This document shows, one piece after another, positions 13,323-26,444 of a stretch of DNA of 64,000 nt. The notes beneath the pieces are model-generated. The model saw only the letters and a program-made list of their open reading frames with translations. It did no database searches and was not told the origin of the DNA. Location: the NCBI RefSeq assembly GCF_964204865.1, contig NC_135263.1:12400001-12464000 (forward strand). The letters are read 5' to 3'. The stretch comes from Styela clava. Its lineage: Eukaryota. The first letter of the stretch is position 1, and every line of letters starts with the position of its first letter. A program made the position numbers and the translations under genes.

Positions 13323-16300
13323 TCATTTCAAAGACACCAAGACAATACTATCACCTCTGACAAAAAGATTATCCAGGTGCCGATGATAAAGCTGTGGTGT
13401 TCCCCCGTGAAAAACTTCAGGCTTAAAATAATCCTTTCCAACAACTTTGATTTTCGTTTTACTGCTTGAAGGGAGCTCTGTGCTTGGCTTCTTTTTATCA
13501 GAAGCTGTTGCAACAATTTGTACACCAGTTGTTGCTCTATGTTGCACAGTTTTCTTGAATTGTGTTACTTTGGAACTGGTCTTGCCTTCAAAAAATACAT
13601 ACATGAAAATGTGTAACATAATTTATATACATGAAACATTTATGCAGCCATCATTTTTTTCACACATACAATATGATGGGTACAAAGTTTCATTATCTGA
13701 AAGTATATGACTTCATACAAAACTTCGAATCATGACAAAAACACTTAAAAATGACAGGTTTTCGAAAATACCCCAAAGTTTAAAATACCGAAATGGAAAA
13801 TGAAATTTTCAAAGTCTAATCTTATAAGTATAAGTTTATTTTGACTCCATAATCAGCAGAACAGACAATATAATAATTGATAAAAGCAAAACAAAAAAAT
13901 GATAACGGAATCAGTAGAACAAACAAAACCTTAATAATGATGTTTAAGATTTTAAAAATAGTTTTAACATACCCAGACTTATATTCTTCATAGCATCCAT
14001 TAGCTGTAAAGAACATATCAAAATTTAATAGCAATCATAAACACAAGAATTTAATTACATTTTTGGTACATACCAGAGGATGCATAATATGACACTGTAA
14101 TATGAACATTGAAATGACAAACTTGGAATAGAATATTCATGTTAACAACAGTTCTGCTGTCACTCATGTTTGGGATGGAGGTACCAATTAATAATTATTT
14201 GAACAGGTACTACACTCAAGCAAATAGGAATACTTACTGAAGCAACATTAAGTTGTTTTTGATGATCAGCAACTCTTCCCAAAGGTGGTTTTCGAAAAGT
14301 TTCATCAACGTCAACCATCGCCTGAGTGCATGGAACAGAGTGGTATTATTTGGGTGCTCATGAGGTATACGTACCAAGGTACCCACTGGAACGTAGTATG
14401 TATACCAGGTTAGTGTTAGGCCATATTTTTTTTCCAATTTTCCTTATTTTAGTTCTATTAGATGTTCGGGGAATAGCCAAGTGACTCCCGTAGTATTTGT
14501 ACCTAAAATTATCGCCTAACCATAACCTGGTACACATACTATGTTCCGGTGTCCGCTTTCATGGTACGCATACTTCAGGAGCGCCATTATTGTTATCAGG
14601 ATTTTGAAAGCTAATTCCATCTTAGAAAAATACCTAACACATCAGCATAACTGTGTGATAAATAAGTGTTGTCAACTGAGATCCCATCACTAAAAGGATA
14701 TCCTATATACCAGTGACAGGTGTATACTCAAACTTGAAGTTAGATTACCGTTTGTTATTGAAAACTCCTTCCATCAGGTTTTCTGTCAACTTATTTGAGG
14801 CATAATTTGTTTATGTGTCAAATGGTAAAATTGTAAATATTTTTAGGTTAATTCCTGTAATATACTTATTACCACAGTCGAATATGTGAAAAAATCTTCT
14901 CCGGTGTGCCATGTGTCTATGAGAAAATGGGGAAATATTTCTATCAAACAATTAAATGGGGCATGATACATTTATGATTTTAGAAAAAATGTTTTAATTA
15001 CCAAATTAGTGAATCGATCAAATGCAACCACATATCCACTGCAAACACCTCGCAGTCCACAAAAATCTCGAACATAAACATTACATCTCAAATGCTCTCT
15101 TACAATCCGATGTATTAGACTGTATGGGCCTTCACTCAGCTCTGAAAACAATTCCCTTCTATAATTTGGCGTCATAATTATTGCTATGCACACACATAGA
15201 TGAATAATAAAACATTTTTTAAATACCAGTAATATTTTAAAAAATAACAACAAAAAATAATCGTCGGGTGTGGACGTGTCTGCTTGAAAAAACTAGAGTA
15301 TGCTACGTGCTGTATGTTTTTGTATTTGTAGCGCGTAATATCAACATGGGCAACATCCACCGGAATTAAAGAAGTTTATGGATAAAAGATTGGATTTGAA
15401 GTTAAATAAATGGTGGACAATCTGTTCAGGATTTATTGCGAGGTTTCGATCCTTTTATGAATCTAGTTGTGGATGATGGAACAGAGCGCAGAAAAGATGG
15501 GACCACTGCACCTGTTGGAATGGTGGTCGTTTGTAGAAATTCGATATTAATGTTGGAAGCATTGGAACGGATACAATGACTTTGAATTGAACTAATCGAA
15601 AACGACGAAAGAACCCGATACCCCAATCCATGATTTGTGCATAGACTGCTATGGAACATTCAATCTATTTACAGAGCCTGTTTTTTAGTAAAAATTTTTG
15701 TGTTACTGTGTTATTTTTGCAATAAAATTGAACTAGGCCTACAGCTTCACCATTTTACGACAGCGAGTGTTTTCTATTCCATAGTTTTGTAGGAAAAGCA
15801 CTGTTGTGTTACACATACACGTCTCACATTTTAAATTAAGTTTGAAAGTATTGCCCGATTTTATATCGTGTTTTTGTTTTATTGTGTTTTGACTGTTTTT
15901 GGTGGACGGGCATGTACTTGTACGTTTTTAACTTTTCTATTAAGACATGCCCGTCTCCAGGTCTTCTGTATTTTGTTTGTTCGTTTCTTGTTGTTTTGTG
16001 TTTTGTTTCTATCAGAGTGACCAAATAAAATTGATTGATTGAACATATAAAGAAAAGTGTTACACACGAATTGGACTTTGATAGAGTGAGAAGAATAGAT
16101 GCAAAATATCATACTTTCCATTGAAGTAAAAAGTGTTTTTCTTGTTCGAGTTCTTTGAGATCTAACTTTTTTCTCTGGTTTTTCATCCCTGACAAATTAA
16201 AATTTTACTTGATTAAATTCAATCAACTGCTGGAGACTGCATGAGACATTCCATATGGAAAATGCTTCAAAATACACTTGAACTGGTGTAAAATGGAAAA

Positions 16301-17649
16301 CTTTATTAAACATGTTGATTGTTGAATCTTGAATAAAACAAAATTCAACTGTGCCACCTAAACCTCAATTTGTAGCTATACTGTTCCCATCCCCAAACAG
16401 TGAGGAATCTCACCAAATGAAAAGCATTTTTAACAGACAAATATAAGAGGCTTGCATATGTTAAATTGTTTGGAAGTAAAATTGGATTTTGACTTAGGAG
16501 CTAGAGTTGATGACTTCATGAAAAAGGTGAGGAGTCTAGCTAGTCAAATTGTAAATGAGGAGTCACTTTTTAAGTGAATAAATAACTGAGTCTCAGAATC
16601 AGATATTCTTGAGCTGGTTGAATGATGAGACTACTTGACTAATACAAGCGAATTTGATAGAATATTGTATATGCTACTCACTCAGGTTTTTCCCCTCTAT
16701 CAATCTTTTTCCTCATTTCCATAAATTCTTTTAATTTTCCGAGATCTCTGTTCCTCGCTTCTTCTTCCATTCTCTTTCTTTGTGAAAAACTTTTTTGACT
16801 TCTTTTCGAGGATCCTGGTGCATTTTTCTGCACAAAAGAAATATGCGATAAAGAAAAAATAATAACAATTCAATTGCAAAACCGATATACGTGACAAAAT
16901 TGGACTCTGTGAACAATACCAATTTATAATATTATTATCACTTTACAATGTCTATAGTGCCTATATTGAACGATTATATCATATTTCCTAATACAATTAG
17001 TAGTAACAGAAGCGTAGGATCAGGCCCGTTTCAACTTGAAACATATCGTAAAAAAATGATAGTAGCACACTTTATTCGTATACACTTCATCACACTAATA
17101 CAATATTACATTTGAGGAATATAGAATTATTTTAAAGAATAAATTCACAACAAAATACTTTCTTAATCACATATCGGACAGTCCAGTATGTTCAGAAGGG
17201 TTTGAAATTATATCAAATTGATATATAAACAAAGGGTGAACATTTAAAACTTAAATGGATTGTGTTTGAATGCATTATACGATGTCTCTAATTGTACACT
17301 GTAGATAATATACTATATTTCAAAATAAACCTATAATATGATGCTTTATATGCATGTTTAGCAAAACTAAAACTTGTGAAAGATTAAGACTAAGTTCGAT
17401 GAAAGCAAAAACAACAAATGAAATGAGGAATCTGAAAAGCGAAATATTATATGTATCAAGTAAAATCCGAGTGTGCTAATATCTAAACAACAAATTTACC
17501 GTTTTCTCTGAATGTTGCTGCCTTTTCAAGCTACCTTCAAACATTGCAATATTATCGAAAACCTTGACATCGCTGGTCTGTGGTTCATTATCACTTGAAT
17601 ATAGAGCCAACAAGGGATCGAAGTCTGATGAAGTAGGGTCAGTGCTCAT
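13323..17649 (-). CDS. LSM11: U7 snRNP-specific Sm-like protein LSm11, 7 coding exons
   Basis: Phase-consistent GT-AG exons: 17649-17500, 16827-16682, 16188-16115, 15141-15002, 14321-14238, 14003-13973, 13585-13323. Motifs: N-terminal SSDFDPLLALY..FDNIAMFE; Sm1 [37 protein letters not shown]; Sm2 RHLDNLFVRGDSIVLV after the long LSm11-type spacer. Confidence 0.93.
14348..14586. mobile_element. MITE in an LSM11 intron
   Basis: Long imperfect inverted repeats (ggtgctcatgaggtatacgtacca.. / ..tggtacgcatacttcaggagcgcc). The core is shared with copies at about 27380-27610, 37035-37145 and 43170-43355. Confidence 0.65.
15346..15579 (+). pseudogene. SNRPG: Intronless SmG (SNRPG) pseudogene, antisense in LSM11 intron 3
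   Basis: Reconstructed as MG(KA)[73 protein letters not shown]. An apparent 4-nt deletion after codon 2 gives TAA at codon 8. There is a 4-nt AAAT duplication, and the Sm2 RG is changed to CR. AATAAA at 15721. Confidence 0.9.
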
Positions 17650-18049
17650 CTTTGATGCAGACCTAGTCCATATGCCTCGAGAAGAAGATAAAATATAAAC
17701 AGCTACAAGATCTATGAACACCACTAGTCTGCTAGTAGTCAATCCAGATGACCAATATAAGTTTTAAAAGTGTTCAATTACCGGTACTGTTTTTTAGTTC
17801 AGTTTTTAGTTTTTTTAGTTCATCTCACTGTAAATCAAAATTGAGTAAATTTTTTTTACCCCTTTCTTACCAAAGATAAGTAGATAATCATATATCTTAA
17901 TCATCAGATCTCACTTAAACAGGCGTTACCTGATCACCCATTACTTTATTAAACCTTTATAGGTTAGTTGAATCTGACACTAATAGCAACTTTATACTTT
18001 CGTCTAGGCTTTTAAGAGGTAAGTGAAAATGCCAAAAACGTAATTTTGT

Positions 18050-18275
18050 GATTGTCATAAGAGGAATGACGAATTTTTTTTTACCTAGTTGATATCAAGA
18101 AATCTCTTCTACACGTTTAAATGATTGATAATCTATTTTTTGCAGTTGTTATGAATAAAAACGTGTTATTTATAAGTAAATGGATATCGGTTTTCATATT
18201 TTGTATATTTGAAAACCCCATAATTTATTACATTGTAATTTTGTTTTTGATAAATGAAAATATAAGACATCCCCA
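18050..18275 (-). mobile_element. Fragment of a Tigger/pogo-like MITE
   Basis: Reverse-complement similarity to the interior of the element at 58557-58963. Confidence 0.6.
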
Positions 18276-19119
18276 TACACCATACTGCCATACTGGTACT
18301 TATATATTTGTTTTTTTACATCAGAAATTAGAGTAAAGGCCGGAGGGTTTCGCTGCGTTGAAGGTATTTATTGGTATTGGTGAATGCACTTGGAGGTAAT
18401 CCTGAATATGTCAAGTTTATATGTTTCAGTGTTTGTAGCCGATGCTTAGACCTCATTCACTCTTTGTTAAACTGTTTTGTTTGCCTGTTTCTGAATTGTC
18501 TTGCCTCATGTTAGAGGAGCCAAAGTACTACATATTATGTTCTAAGTATAATTTTAGTGATTTAGTGTTAATTTTAGTGATTTATAACCTCCCTGCGCAT
18601 ATTATAATAGAAAGGGCTAATCAAAGCTAGATCCTAATCCTTATCTATCACACAAAGTGCGAGCGCGGTTAACTTTTGTGATCATTTTTTGGGGAATCCC
18701 GGAGTCACGTGATAGCTCCTTTTCGTTTTTGGATTTTATAAAATAAAAACATGGATATAAATAGTAGTGTATCAGGATTTTACCATTTTTTATTGCTATA
18801 TATTTCTCATTGTTTCGAATATCAGAAATAAATTTATAAAAAACATCAGGGACTGGTTTAAGCTTTTGAATCCGGCGATTCCAGATCCTGGCGGATCGAA
18901 TATGATTTCGAAATTATTATTAAAGACATAACAGGCCCCCATTCTCTACAATAACAACTTATGTATGTATTAGCAGTATATCATCACTTCGACTCGATTG
19001 AATTCGATATTGTATATTTATTACAAAAAATGATTTTTTTCAGAGATTTCGTTAACACTACACACAAAACAAGTGATACGAGCGCGGGTAATTATTTAGT
19101 AGCTTTCATTTTTTTTTAT

Positions 19120-22100
19120 GGTTCATAAGTTCCTTTTGTGACCACACGCGATTCCGGCGGCCGCTCCTGATTGACAAATACACTGGTAGGTATGCGCGTA
19201 AGTTGAAGCAATGACATTAAACAACATGATAGGCAACTCTGACGTCACTCCATAAGACTACAGGCGAAACATTATATTTCATGATACGCTCCAATGCACA
19301 TATTTCTCGTCGCCTTTCGCGTCCGTTTTCCGCTCGCTTTTGCTACTCGGCGTCTTTTTTACGTGTAGTACCTGCCTTTTTGCGCCTGTAACGAAACAAA
19401 ACAATCTCTATATCTAAGAAGTTTTGCTTACTTGGAAAGCAGGAATAACAGGCAAGCTGTAAAGAGCAATTCTGGACATCATAGACGTTTTTTTTTATCA
19501 GAGAAGATTACAAACGCGATAGCGGAAAGATTTGTGTGGAACATTTTGCAGATAATGACAAAGTTCAAAGTTAGTAATTTTAATGTTTGCGCTTAATCAT
19601 TGAAATTTCATTTAAAGAGGGTGTCATACAAAACTGTGCTGCGATACAATTCCATAACACAAAGTTTGCACCTATCGAACTTGCTTTTGTAGGTGAATTT
19701 ATTAGACGTATTACATATTCAGTTAATCGTAGGTAACATTGCTGGTACATAATGCATCGTAGATAGGTTTGTTTAAATTTAGGAATTTAGCTCATAGCCC
19801 ACTAATTAATATTATCTTCTATGCAGGAGGTTGCAGGGCTGAATTCAACTTGCAGCCTTACCGATCACCTGACGATGCTCATTTAGTTTGGCTCGAGCAA
19901 GTCTTCTTGAAATGCTTGTGTGGATGGAAACTACCTATATTTTTTGCCTTTCTCCGATTTTAGACAAATTTATTCTGAGGGATTTCGCATATAATTCTCA
20001 CTGATTGTTGGCTGTTTATAATTCCTATTGATTGTGAATTCTGATTATAACAATGAGTTGAAAATTTTTTTACCTAATTTACTGGCACCTTTTTCTTGTC
20101 AATACTCCAAGCTGAGGTAATAAACATGACAATACATTTATGTCATCTGGAAGCAAAATATGCACACTAATTAATAGTTTGACACATTGAGATAATACAT
20201 CATGAAAGAAAATACAAGTTAAAGATATGTATGACCATCACATGGTAATTAAAATTAAAAAAATTAATAGGGGCTGTGGAGTATGAAAAGTTCAAGACAA
20301 AGAAAAGAACAAATGTTCATAGCTCAAGAACTCTCAATTTTGCCTCCATTGCTTTGTGAAGGCCAATATATTTCGAGTGGCTGAATTGGTTTACCTTTAT
20401 GATAGCAACGATTTTGTATTCAATATAGCGAGATTATTTCAATTTAATTGAAGTGATATAATTTCCCATAGCAATGCTTGAATCGTCTAGAATAGATCAG
20501 TGGTGTCAAACTCATGGGTTTTCGAGAGGCGCATTGCATTTTGAAAATTGTAAAAAGAGACGCAAACAGTTTTTGATAATGTATACTTAAAAGATATTTT
20601 TAAGATAGTTTTAGTTTGTGACATACAACCAAACTAAGCAGTTGGATTAAGTTTTATTATTTTCTTCAATTTCAAATGCAATTACATATTAATATTTGCA
20701 TTCCACTATTATTGCAACATTTGCAAGTTACAGTATTTATTATAAAAAATCGTAAAATTCTATGTACAACCATCAAAATCATTTTTGAACAAGCTTTGAT
20801 TAAGGAAAGAATAATACATACACTAAAAATAACTTAATCTAAATATATGAACCTAAAATTAACAAAAATACTACAGTATAAACTCAATGTTTTAATAATT
20901 ACATTTGTCCTGGCGTTTGGCATCCTTTTTGTGTCACCAGCATACTAAGGCCAGTCTGAAATGATTTTATAGTACCAACTCTAACTAACGAGGCCACATG
21001 ATCATGGGTTTATCTGGATCTTTACGAATGTTTAATTAATTCCAGTAATGCAAAAAAGTTACTTTTATCATTTCATGTATAGATCAGTAAAAAAACAAAT
21101 GACAGATTTTTTCGACAAGACATTTCGCACTACATTGCGTGGCATAGAATTGCTTGAATTATTATTGATATTGATTTTTAGTAACTAAGTCGTTGTATAA
21201 TTATATTAATATACAAACACATGGAAATTTTCTGTTCGAAGTTGGTCTTCGAATTTGTCATATTGACTGCTGAGCTTATTGTGTTTTTTGATTGTATTGA
21301 TGGAAATATGACAAATTAAACAATGTGCTTCAGAATTTTGTGAAGAGCAGAAATGTTACAACTCCAATTTTCTTCGAAAATGCCACCTTCTTCATGTACT
21401 TTGCGTTTAATTTAATTACTCAAGTGTTTTATTCAAGTATTCTTTTGCTAGCTTGATGTGTATTCTTAATTGGGCCAAAATGTGGACAAAAAAAATTAAC
21501 ATTCCAAAACTACTTTCAGTAAATTGTTTTCTGTGTGAATAATCAATTTCACTTTAGAAGGTTTGAAAAATCTATTACATTTAGATAAAAAAAAAAACTT
21601 CCAAAATACTATTACAATTATTGTTAAGCGTTCGAGGGCCGCACTGGGAGTTCTCTGGGGCCGCGAGTTTGAGATCCCTGGCCTAGATTGAAGTTGTTCA
21701 AAAAATATATGATAGTATTTTATCATGAATGATGATTATACCCCTTCCGGAATTTCTTCTATAGTACTACCAAAAGTTGATGAACCAAATATAACACAGG
21801 TGCAGTGAGGTACCCGTAATCCTCATTTCCAAAGCTGTTTTAAGTATGTCTGGCGTGTTTTGTGCCTTTTTACAAATAAGACCGCTTATGCAATCTTACG
21901 CTTTGGACTTTTTAGTTATTTTCCTCAAGCCCTGCAGGATGTGGGGGCCATACACAACTCTACCGGAGGGTCAAATGTCTTTGCATGCCTCCATAGGTTG
22001 TTTTTCTATTGCAAACATTATATTTCTTGGAATCACACTGTCACTGATATGTCGCCAGACTTCTGATATCTTCCCGTCCGCTATAGTTGTCCTGTGAATA

Positions 22101-23110
22101 AATAATAGGAAATTGAGATTAGACGAATAGTTGAAAGTTTTGCTTTATGTCGGCTTAATTTCTTGATTGATATACTCACTATTTCTGCTATTCCCTCTTG
22201 TACTGCAAGAGTCTCACAATGCTTAGACAGGTTTGTCCACAACTTTCACATCTGAAGAAAGAGAGGAGATTTATTAATTTTCGTTAAGAATAAATAAAGC
22301 AGTCTATATGATTTAGAATGGAAAAGCTAATAAATCCAATATCTCATGTTTTATGTAAAAAATATTTTACTGAATTTGGTATATAAACCAACTAATAAAA
22401 GGGTTTAGTCAGAAAATTACAAGCATTCGTGGCTCCAAATACTTGAGAAATCAGACTGTACAATATAGACCGGTATGAGTGAAATGTTAGGTGAACTTGT
22501 TAACACTTTGATTCAATACGCAAATAAAAGTGAATGCGCAATAGTATGTTACAATGAGCAGCAATCAACGATGAGTATATATCCTCACTGATTAAAAAAA
22601 TCTAACTGGAGGTGCATGAACTATTTGAAACCATAAGGGGTAAGTAAATATGTAATTTCGGCAAATGGGCAACTACGTACCGTACTGAATTAATAACTTC
22701 GTAGTATTTGACAAAGGCTGGCTTTCCCACATGTACTTAACAGTGCGATGCCCGGGTGTGATATACAACAATAGTATTCACCTTACCTTTTACCGATTTC
22801 TTTTTACCCCAACTTTCAAAAATATCATTAAAATCGACAACAACTGTCAAAGCAGGCACAAACACCATTCGTGCTACGCCTTGAAAGCAGCACACATCCG
22901 CTCGTTTTCGTCTCGTCAAGTATGTGCATTGGAGCGTGCTATCGAATACGATCTTCGGACAAAAATGCCGGAGTTGCGCATCATGTTGTTTAATGTCATT
23001 GGTTGAAGTAAATTTCCTGTCGTTTTTCACAATCATTATCACACAACAACTATGATCTGTTTAATGCGAGGATTGGCCTTTTCAACCATTATCAATTCGG
23101 TGCGGACCAT
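19120..23110. mobile_element. Old, internally deleted P-element-like transposon (ends uncertain)
   Basis: Inverted blocks caatgacattaaacaacatgat..gcaactc (~19209 vs ~23002) and cgctccaatgcacata (~19288 vs ~22936). Plus-strand remnants: THAP-like KICVEHF (~19530) and P-transposase-like LQPYRSPDDAHLVWLEQVFLKCLCGWK (~19850-19930). Confidence 0.55.
20498..21680 (-). mobile_element. Non-autonomous hAT element with decayed transposase C-terminus
   Basis: TIRs CAGTGGTGTCAAACTC / GAGTTTGAGATCCCTG and imperfect 8-bp TSD gaatagat/gcctagat. Minus-strand remnant F..L.LIK...RSR...H...L.R near 20980-21060. Confidence 0.65.
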
Positions 23111-23888
23111 TATTATTTTTTGAATCTGCTATAAATAATCTAATATTAAACATTAAGCAAGGGCCCGGAAATCTAAATGGAGTCTGGAGGCGATGACTAT
23201 ATAATTTTCAAGATACCTATATGTCGTCTTGCGCAGAGATTTTGTCCACATGAACTGGGTGCATATTCCCATCACCCAATTGTAGTACTCATTACATAGT
23301 AATTGCAAAAAATATAATAGAAGATTGATGATACTTTTTATTAAAATAATAATAAGCTATAAATATTTGTGCAAAATAGTAGAAATGATCATACACAATA
23401 ATACTACAAATTAATTTTTTCTCGATAGTCACGCTCAAGTCAATTGAGCAGGTCAGTTTTTGAAAGAAATATAACAACATAATTATTTACAATATGTAGG
23501 TACTTTTAAATGACGATCAATCAAATGTTTATTACATTATTCCTTCAGTCACACAAATTAATTTAAAAATATGAAATGTTTTGACTGTATGTACTTTTAT
23601 TAATGCTTTGGCAAATTCACTCGTAGTCCTGGCGCAGAAGGCGATGTATTTAATATGCTATTTATGAAAATGAGATTTTAACCCAAACAAACAAAAGAAA
23701 TTGAATGTGTATTGAAAATTGAAATATAAACATGATAATAAATATACTGCTTATCTAACTGAGCCTCAAAGATGAAGAAGTGAAAAATAGGCTGGTATTC
23801 AGCTGTGCACAAGATCATTTTTTCCCAACTTGAATCATAACAAGTAGTTAACAAATCTTGCATAGTCTCAGAGCAACCATGAACTAAT

Positions 23889-26444
23889 TTAGTAGGATAT
23901 GCTGTTAATGTAAGTGACAGCATCTCTCCATAATTTCTGAAACTTTTGTGCTACAGATTTTCCAGTTTCTGCTAAGCCAGTTTCTTTTTTAGCCTTATTG
24001 ATGCAAGCAGTAAATTCTGATTTTGTGAGTCCAGAAATAACACCAAGTTTGCAAAGTAAAAAAGTCTCTGAGTCTTTAGATATATCAGATAATGTTTTCG
24101 ATGTTGATTTGTCAAGATTCATTCTTTCGATCAAAGCTTGCTGTGAGCTTTCATTCTCTACTGAATCAGCAGCTCTAAGAACTTGATATTGTAGTAATAT
24201 TTGCTCGAGAAGAGGCTGGATATCATATGCCATACTACTGGATGACGGTGAATGTTGTGCAATCCGCTGTGCTTTGATCTTTAAGCGTCCCTGTCTTTTT
24301 AAGTGTGTGGCTCTAACATCTCCTTCGACCATTGAAGTAGCCATATCATGTCTGTTAATTTCTTCTTGTATTACTCTTGCTACTTCATCAACATGATCTT
24401 GGGCAATGGTAGCACTATTTAACAATGTGTTCTTCTTTGTAATACCTTCAATAATGTTATGCTTTGCTGAGTCAAAAATGAAAGTTTCGTCTTGCTTTGA
24501 TAGCTGCTCATGAATCAAGTTTGACACGAGCTTGTGAGATATTATTTTACACATTTCTTCACTAGATATAGTTAATATTGACTTTATACATGTAACAGAT
24601 GCTGTTTCTTTTATATAATTACGCATCATGTTTCGTTCATTCCATAAACGTTCAATGATTTCGAGAACTTCCTTCATATTTTCATTCACTAGGCTTGTAC
24701 TTTTCTTCATTAGTAAGAATGCTTGACACTTTGCTAGGTCATTTTCAATTATGTGAAACCACTTAGCTCGCAATAAGTTTATTTGATTAATCAACAACAA
24801 GAATAAACTCTCTCGCTCTTGTATAATAGCGTGCCCATCTTCATTTGACAACGAGATTTGGACAGACAAAAATCTTTCTAGAGCTAATAGGTCATCTGTT
24901 ACAGCATCTTGTAAGATACTAGCGTCAACACAATTTTCTTCTTCTTGTTCCAACATGCAGTGACTGTCATAACGTTTCCATAATTCTGTTATATTTCGCT
25001 TGCACAATCCTAATACTTTATCACGAGAGGCCTCTAATCTTTTTCTGAACTCATTCGTCATTTGATGAAGTTCAGATTCACTTAAGGCATCACTTTCCTC
25101 AAGAAGTTTACAGAATGTTAGAAGAATATCATTCCTTTTTTCGTCTTGTAATTCGGATAGCTTGGCAAATTTGTTTGCAATTCCTGAGTTCTCATTCTTG
25201 GCCAGTTCCTTGAGAAGCATCAGTCTTCTGAGTTTCTGCTCACAGGTAGTTGACAAATAATTTCCAACAAAACCTTCAGAACTTGTTTGGTTTGTGTAAC
25301 TGTATAGAATATTTTGAATAGCTGTATTACTGCTATCTTCATGTTGTTGCAAGCTTGTCTCATAATGAGCAAGGATGTTTGGATGCATTTGTGAAAATAC
25401 CTCTTTTACTTCTAATGCACTAACATTGAAATCATCGGGAAGAGAATCTTTAACTTTTTCCTTTGTTACTGATGAAATACGGCCTGTTTTCACAAGCTTT
25501 TCAAGAGAATTGTTGCAAGTCATGCTCAATAGTCTATTTAATTCACATTCACATATTAGAGCAACTACCAATTCACGAACTATGGTGCCAAATTCCTGAA
25601 AAAGTGCATGGATTGATTCTATGACTTCGTCTTGATTTTCTCTAAAATTTCCTTCTATTTCATCAATATAAATCATCAAATTGTATTGAATCTCTTCTGT
25701 ACTTGCTTTATCAACATAGTGAGATATACTTTTCACAAATCGTTTTGGGCTTTCTCGATATATGATAACCATATTTTTTATGATGTTTGTATATCCTTCT
25801 TGAAGTGGGATGAAGGGATCCATCAATGACTGTCCTTGAAAATCATCCATTTGATTAATATGAGCCTCGTAATCAGATTTCATCTTTGAATAAGCATTCG
25901 ACAAAGCCCTATTTTCGATCATTAGAATATCTTGATATTGTGAATCATTTATATATTTTCTTACAAGAAAATCATTGAGCATACAACGATACCATTGCAG
26001 TAAACAAGTGTGCCTCTCCTCCCATAAAGATAATTCCAACTGCATAATTTCGAAAAGTTCTTGTTTTCCAAGTTCAAGAACCATTTTGTCCCAAGTCATA
26101 TCAGAAACAAAGTCATCAAGAACAAAAAATTTCTTGCGGTGACTTGTTTTCTCATCATAGCTATCTCTCTTTGCCTTGGGTTTCTTAGCAATTGCATTCG
26201 CAGTCATGTTTTCGTAAACCAATGAAGTTTCTTGCTGTTCTGTATGTATTTTATCTGAAGCTTCCACACTAACAGTATGATGGGAATGAATTCCAAGTTT
26301 CTTCGATAAAAAGCATTTAAAGACAATCACACCAATGATGGCACCAACAATGACACCTACGATTCCGCTTACAATTAAAGCGACTTCATCAACAGTTTGA
26401 ACAACTTGTTCTTCCTCAACAACTATGTTCAAACAGCTTGACAT
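23889..26444 (-). CDS. EVC: Ellis-van Creveld protein (EVC)-like; single coding exon, ~851 aa, N-terminal TM anchor plus long coiled coil
   Basis: Uninterrupted 2.5-kb ORF, first ATG at 26444 after an acceptor at 26481-26482. TM segment VALIVSGIVGVIVGAIIGVIVF. The block LFEIMQLELSLWEERHTCLLQWYRCMLNDFLVRKYINDSQYQDIL resembles the conserved EVC segment as I recall it from human EVC. Confidence 0.72.
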   Translation of the reverse strand: MSSCLNIVVEEEQVVQTVDEVALIVSGIVGVIVGAIIGVIVFKCFLSKKLGIHSHHTVSVEASDKIHTEQQETSLVYENMTANAIAKKPKAKRDSYDEKTSHRKKFFVLDDFVSDMTWDKMVLELGKQELFEIMQLELSLWEERHTCLLQWYRCMLNDFLVRKYINDSQYQDILMIENRALSNAYSKMKSDYEAHINQMDDFQGQSLMDPFIPLQEGYTNIIKNMVIIYRESPKRFVKSISHYVDKASTEEIQYNLMIYIDEIEGNFRENQDEVIESIHALFQEFGTIVRELVVALICECELNRLLSMTCNNSLEKLVKTGRISSVTKEKVKDSLPDDFNVSALEVKEVFSQMHPNILAHYETSLQQHEDSSNTAIQNILYSYTNQTSSEGFVGNYLSTTCEQKLRRLMLLKELAKNENSGIANKFAKLSELQDEKRNDILLTFCKLLEESDALSESELHQMTNEFRKRLEASRDKVLGLCKRNITELWKRYDSHCMLEQEEENCVDASILQDAVTDDLLALERFLSVQISLSNEDGHAIIQERESLFLLLINQINLLRAKWFHIIENDLAKCQAFLLMKKSTSLVNENMKEVLEIIERLWNERNMMRNYIKETASVTCIKSILTISSEEMCKIISHKLVSNLIHEQLSKQDETFIFDSAKHNIIEGITKKNTLLNSATIAQDHVDEVARVIQEEINRHDMATSMVEGDVRATHLKRQGRLKIKAQRIAQHSPSSSSMAYDIQPLLEQILLQYQVLRAADSVENESSQQALIERMNLDKSTSKTLSDISKDSETFLLCKLGVISGLTKSEFTACINKAKKETGLAETGKSVAQKFQKLWRDAVTYINSISY

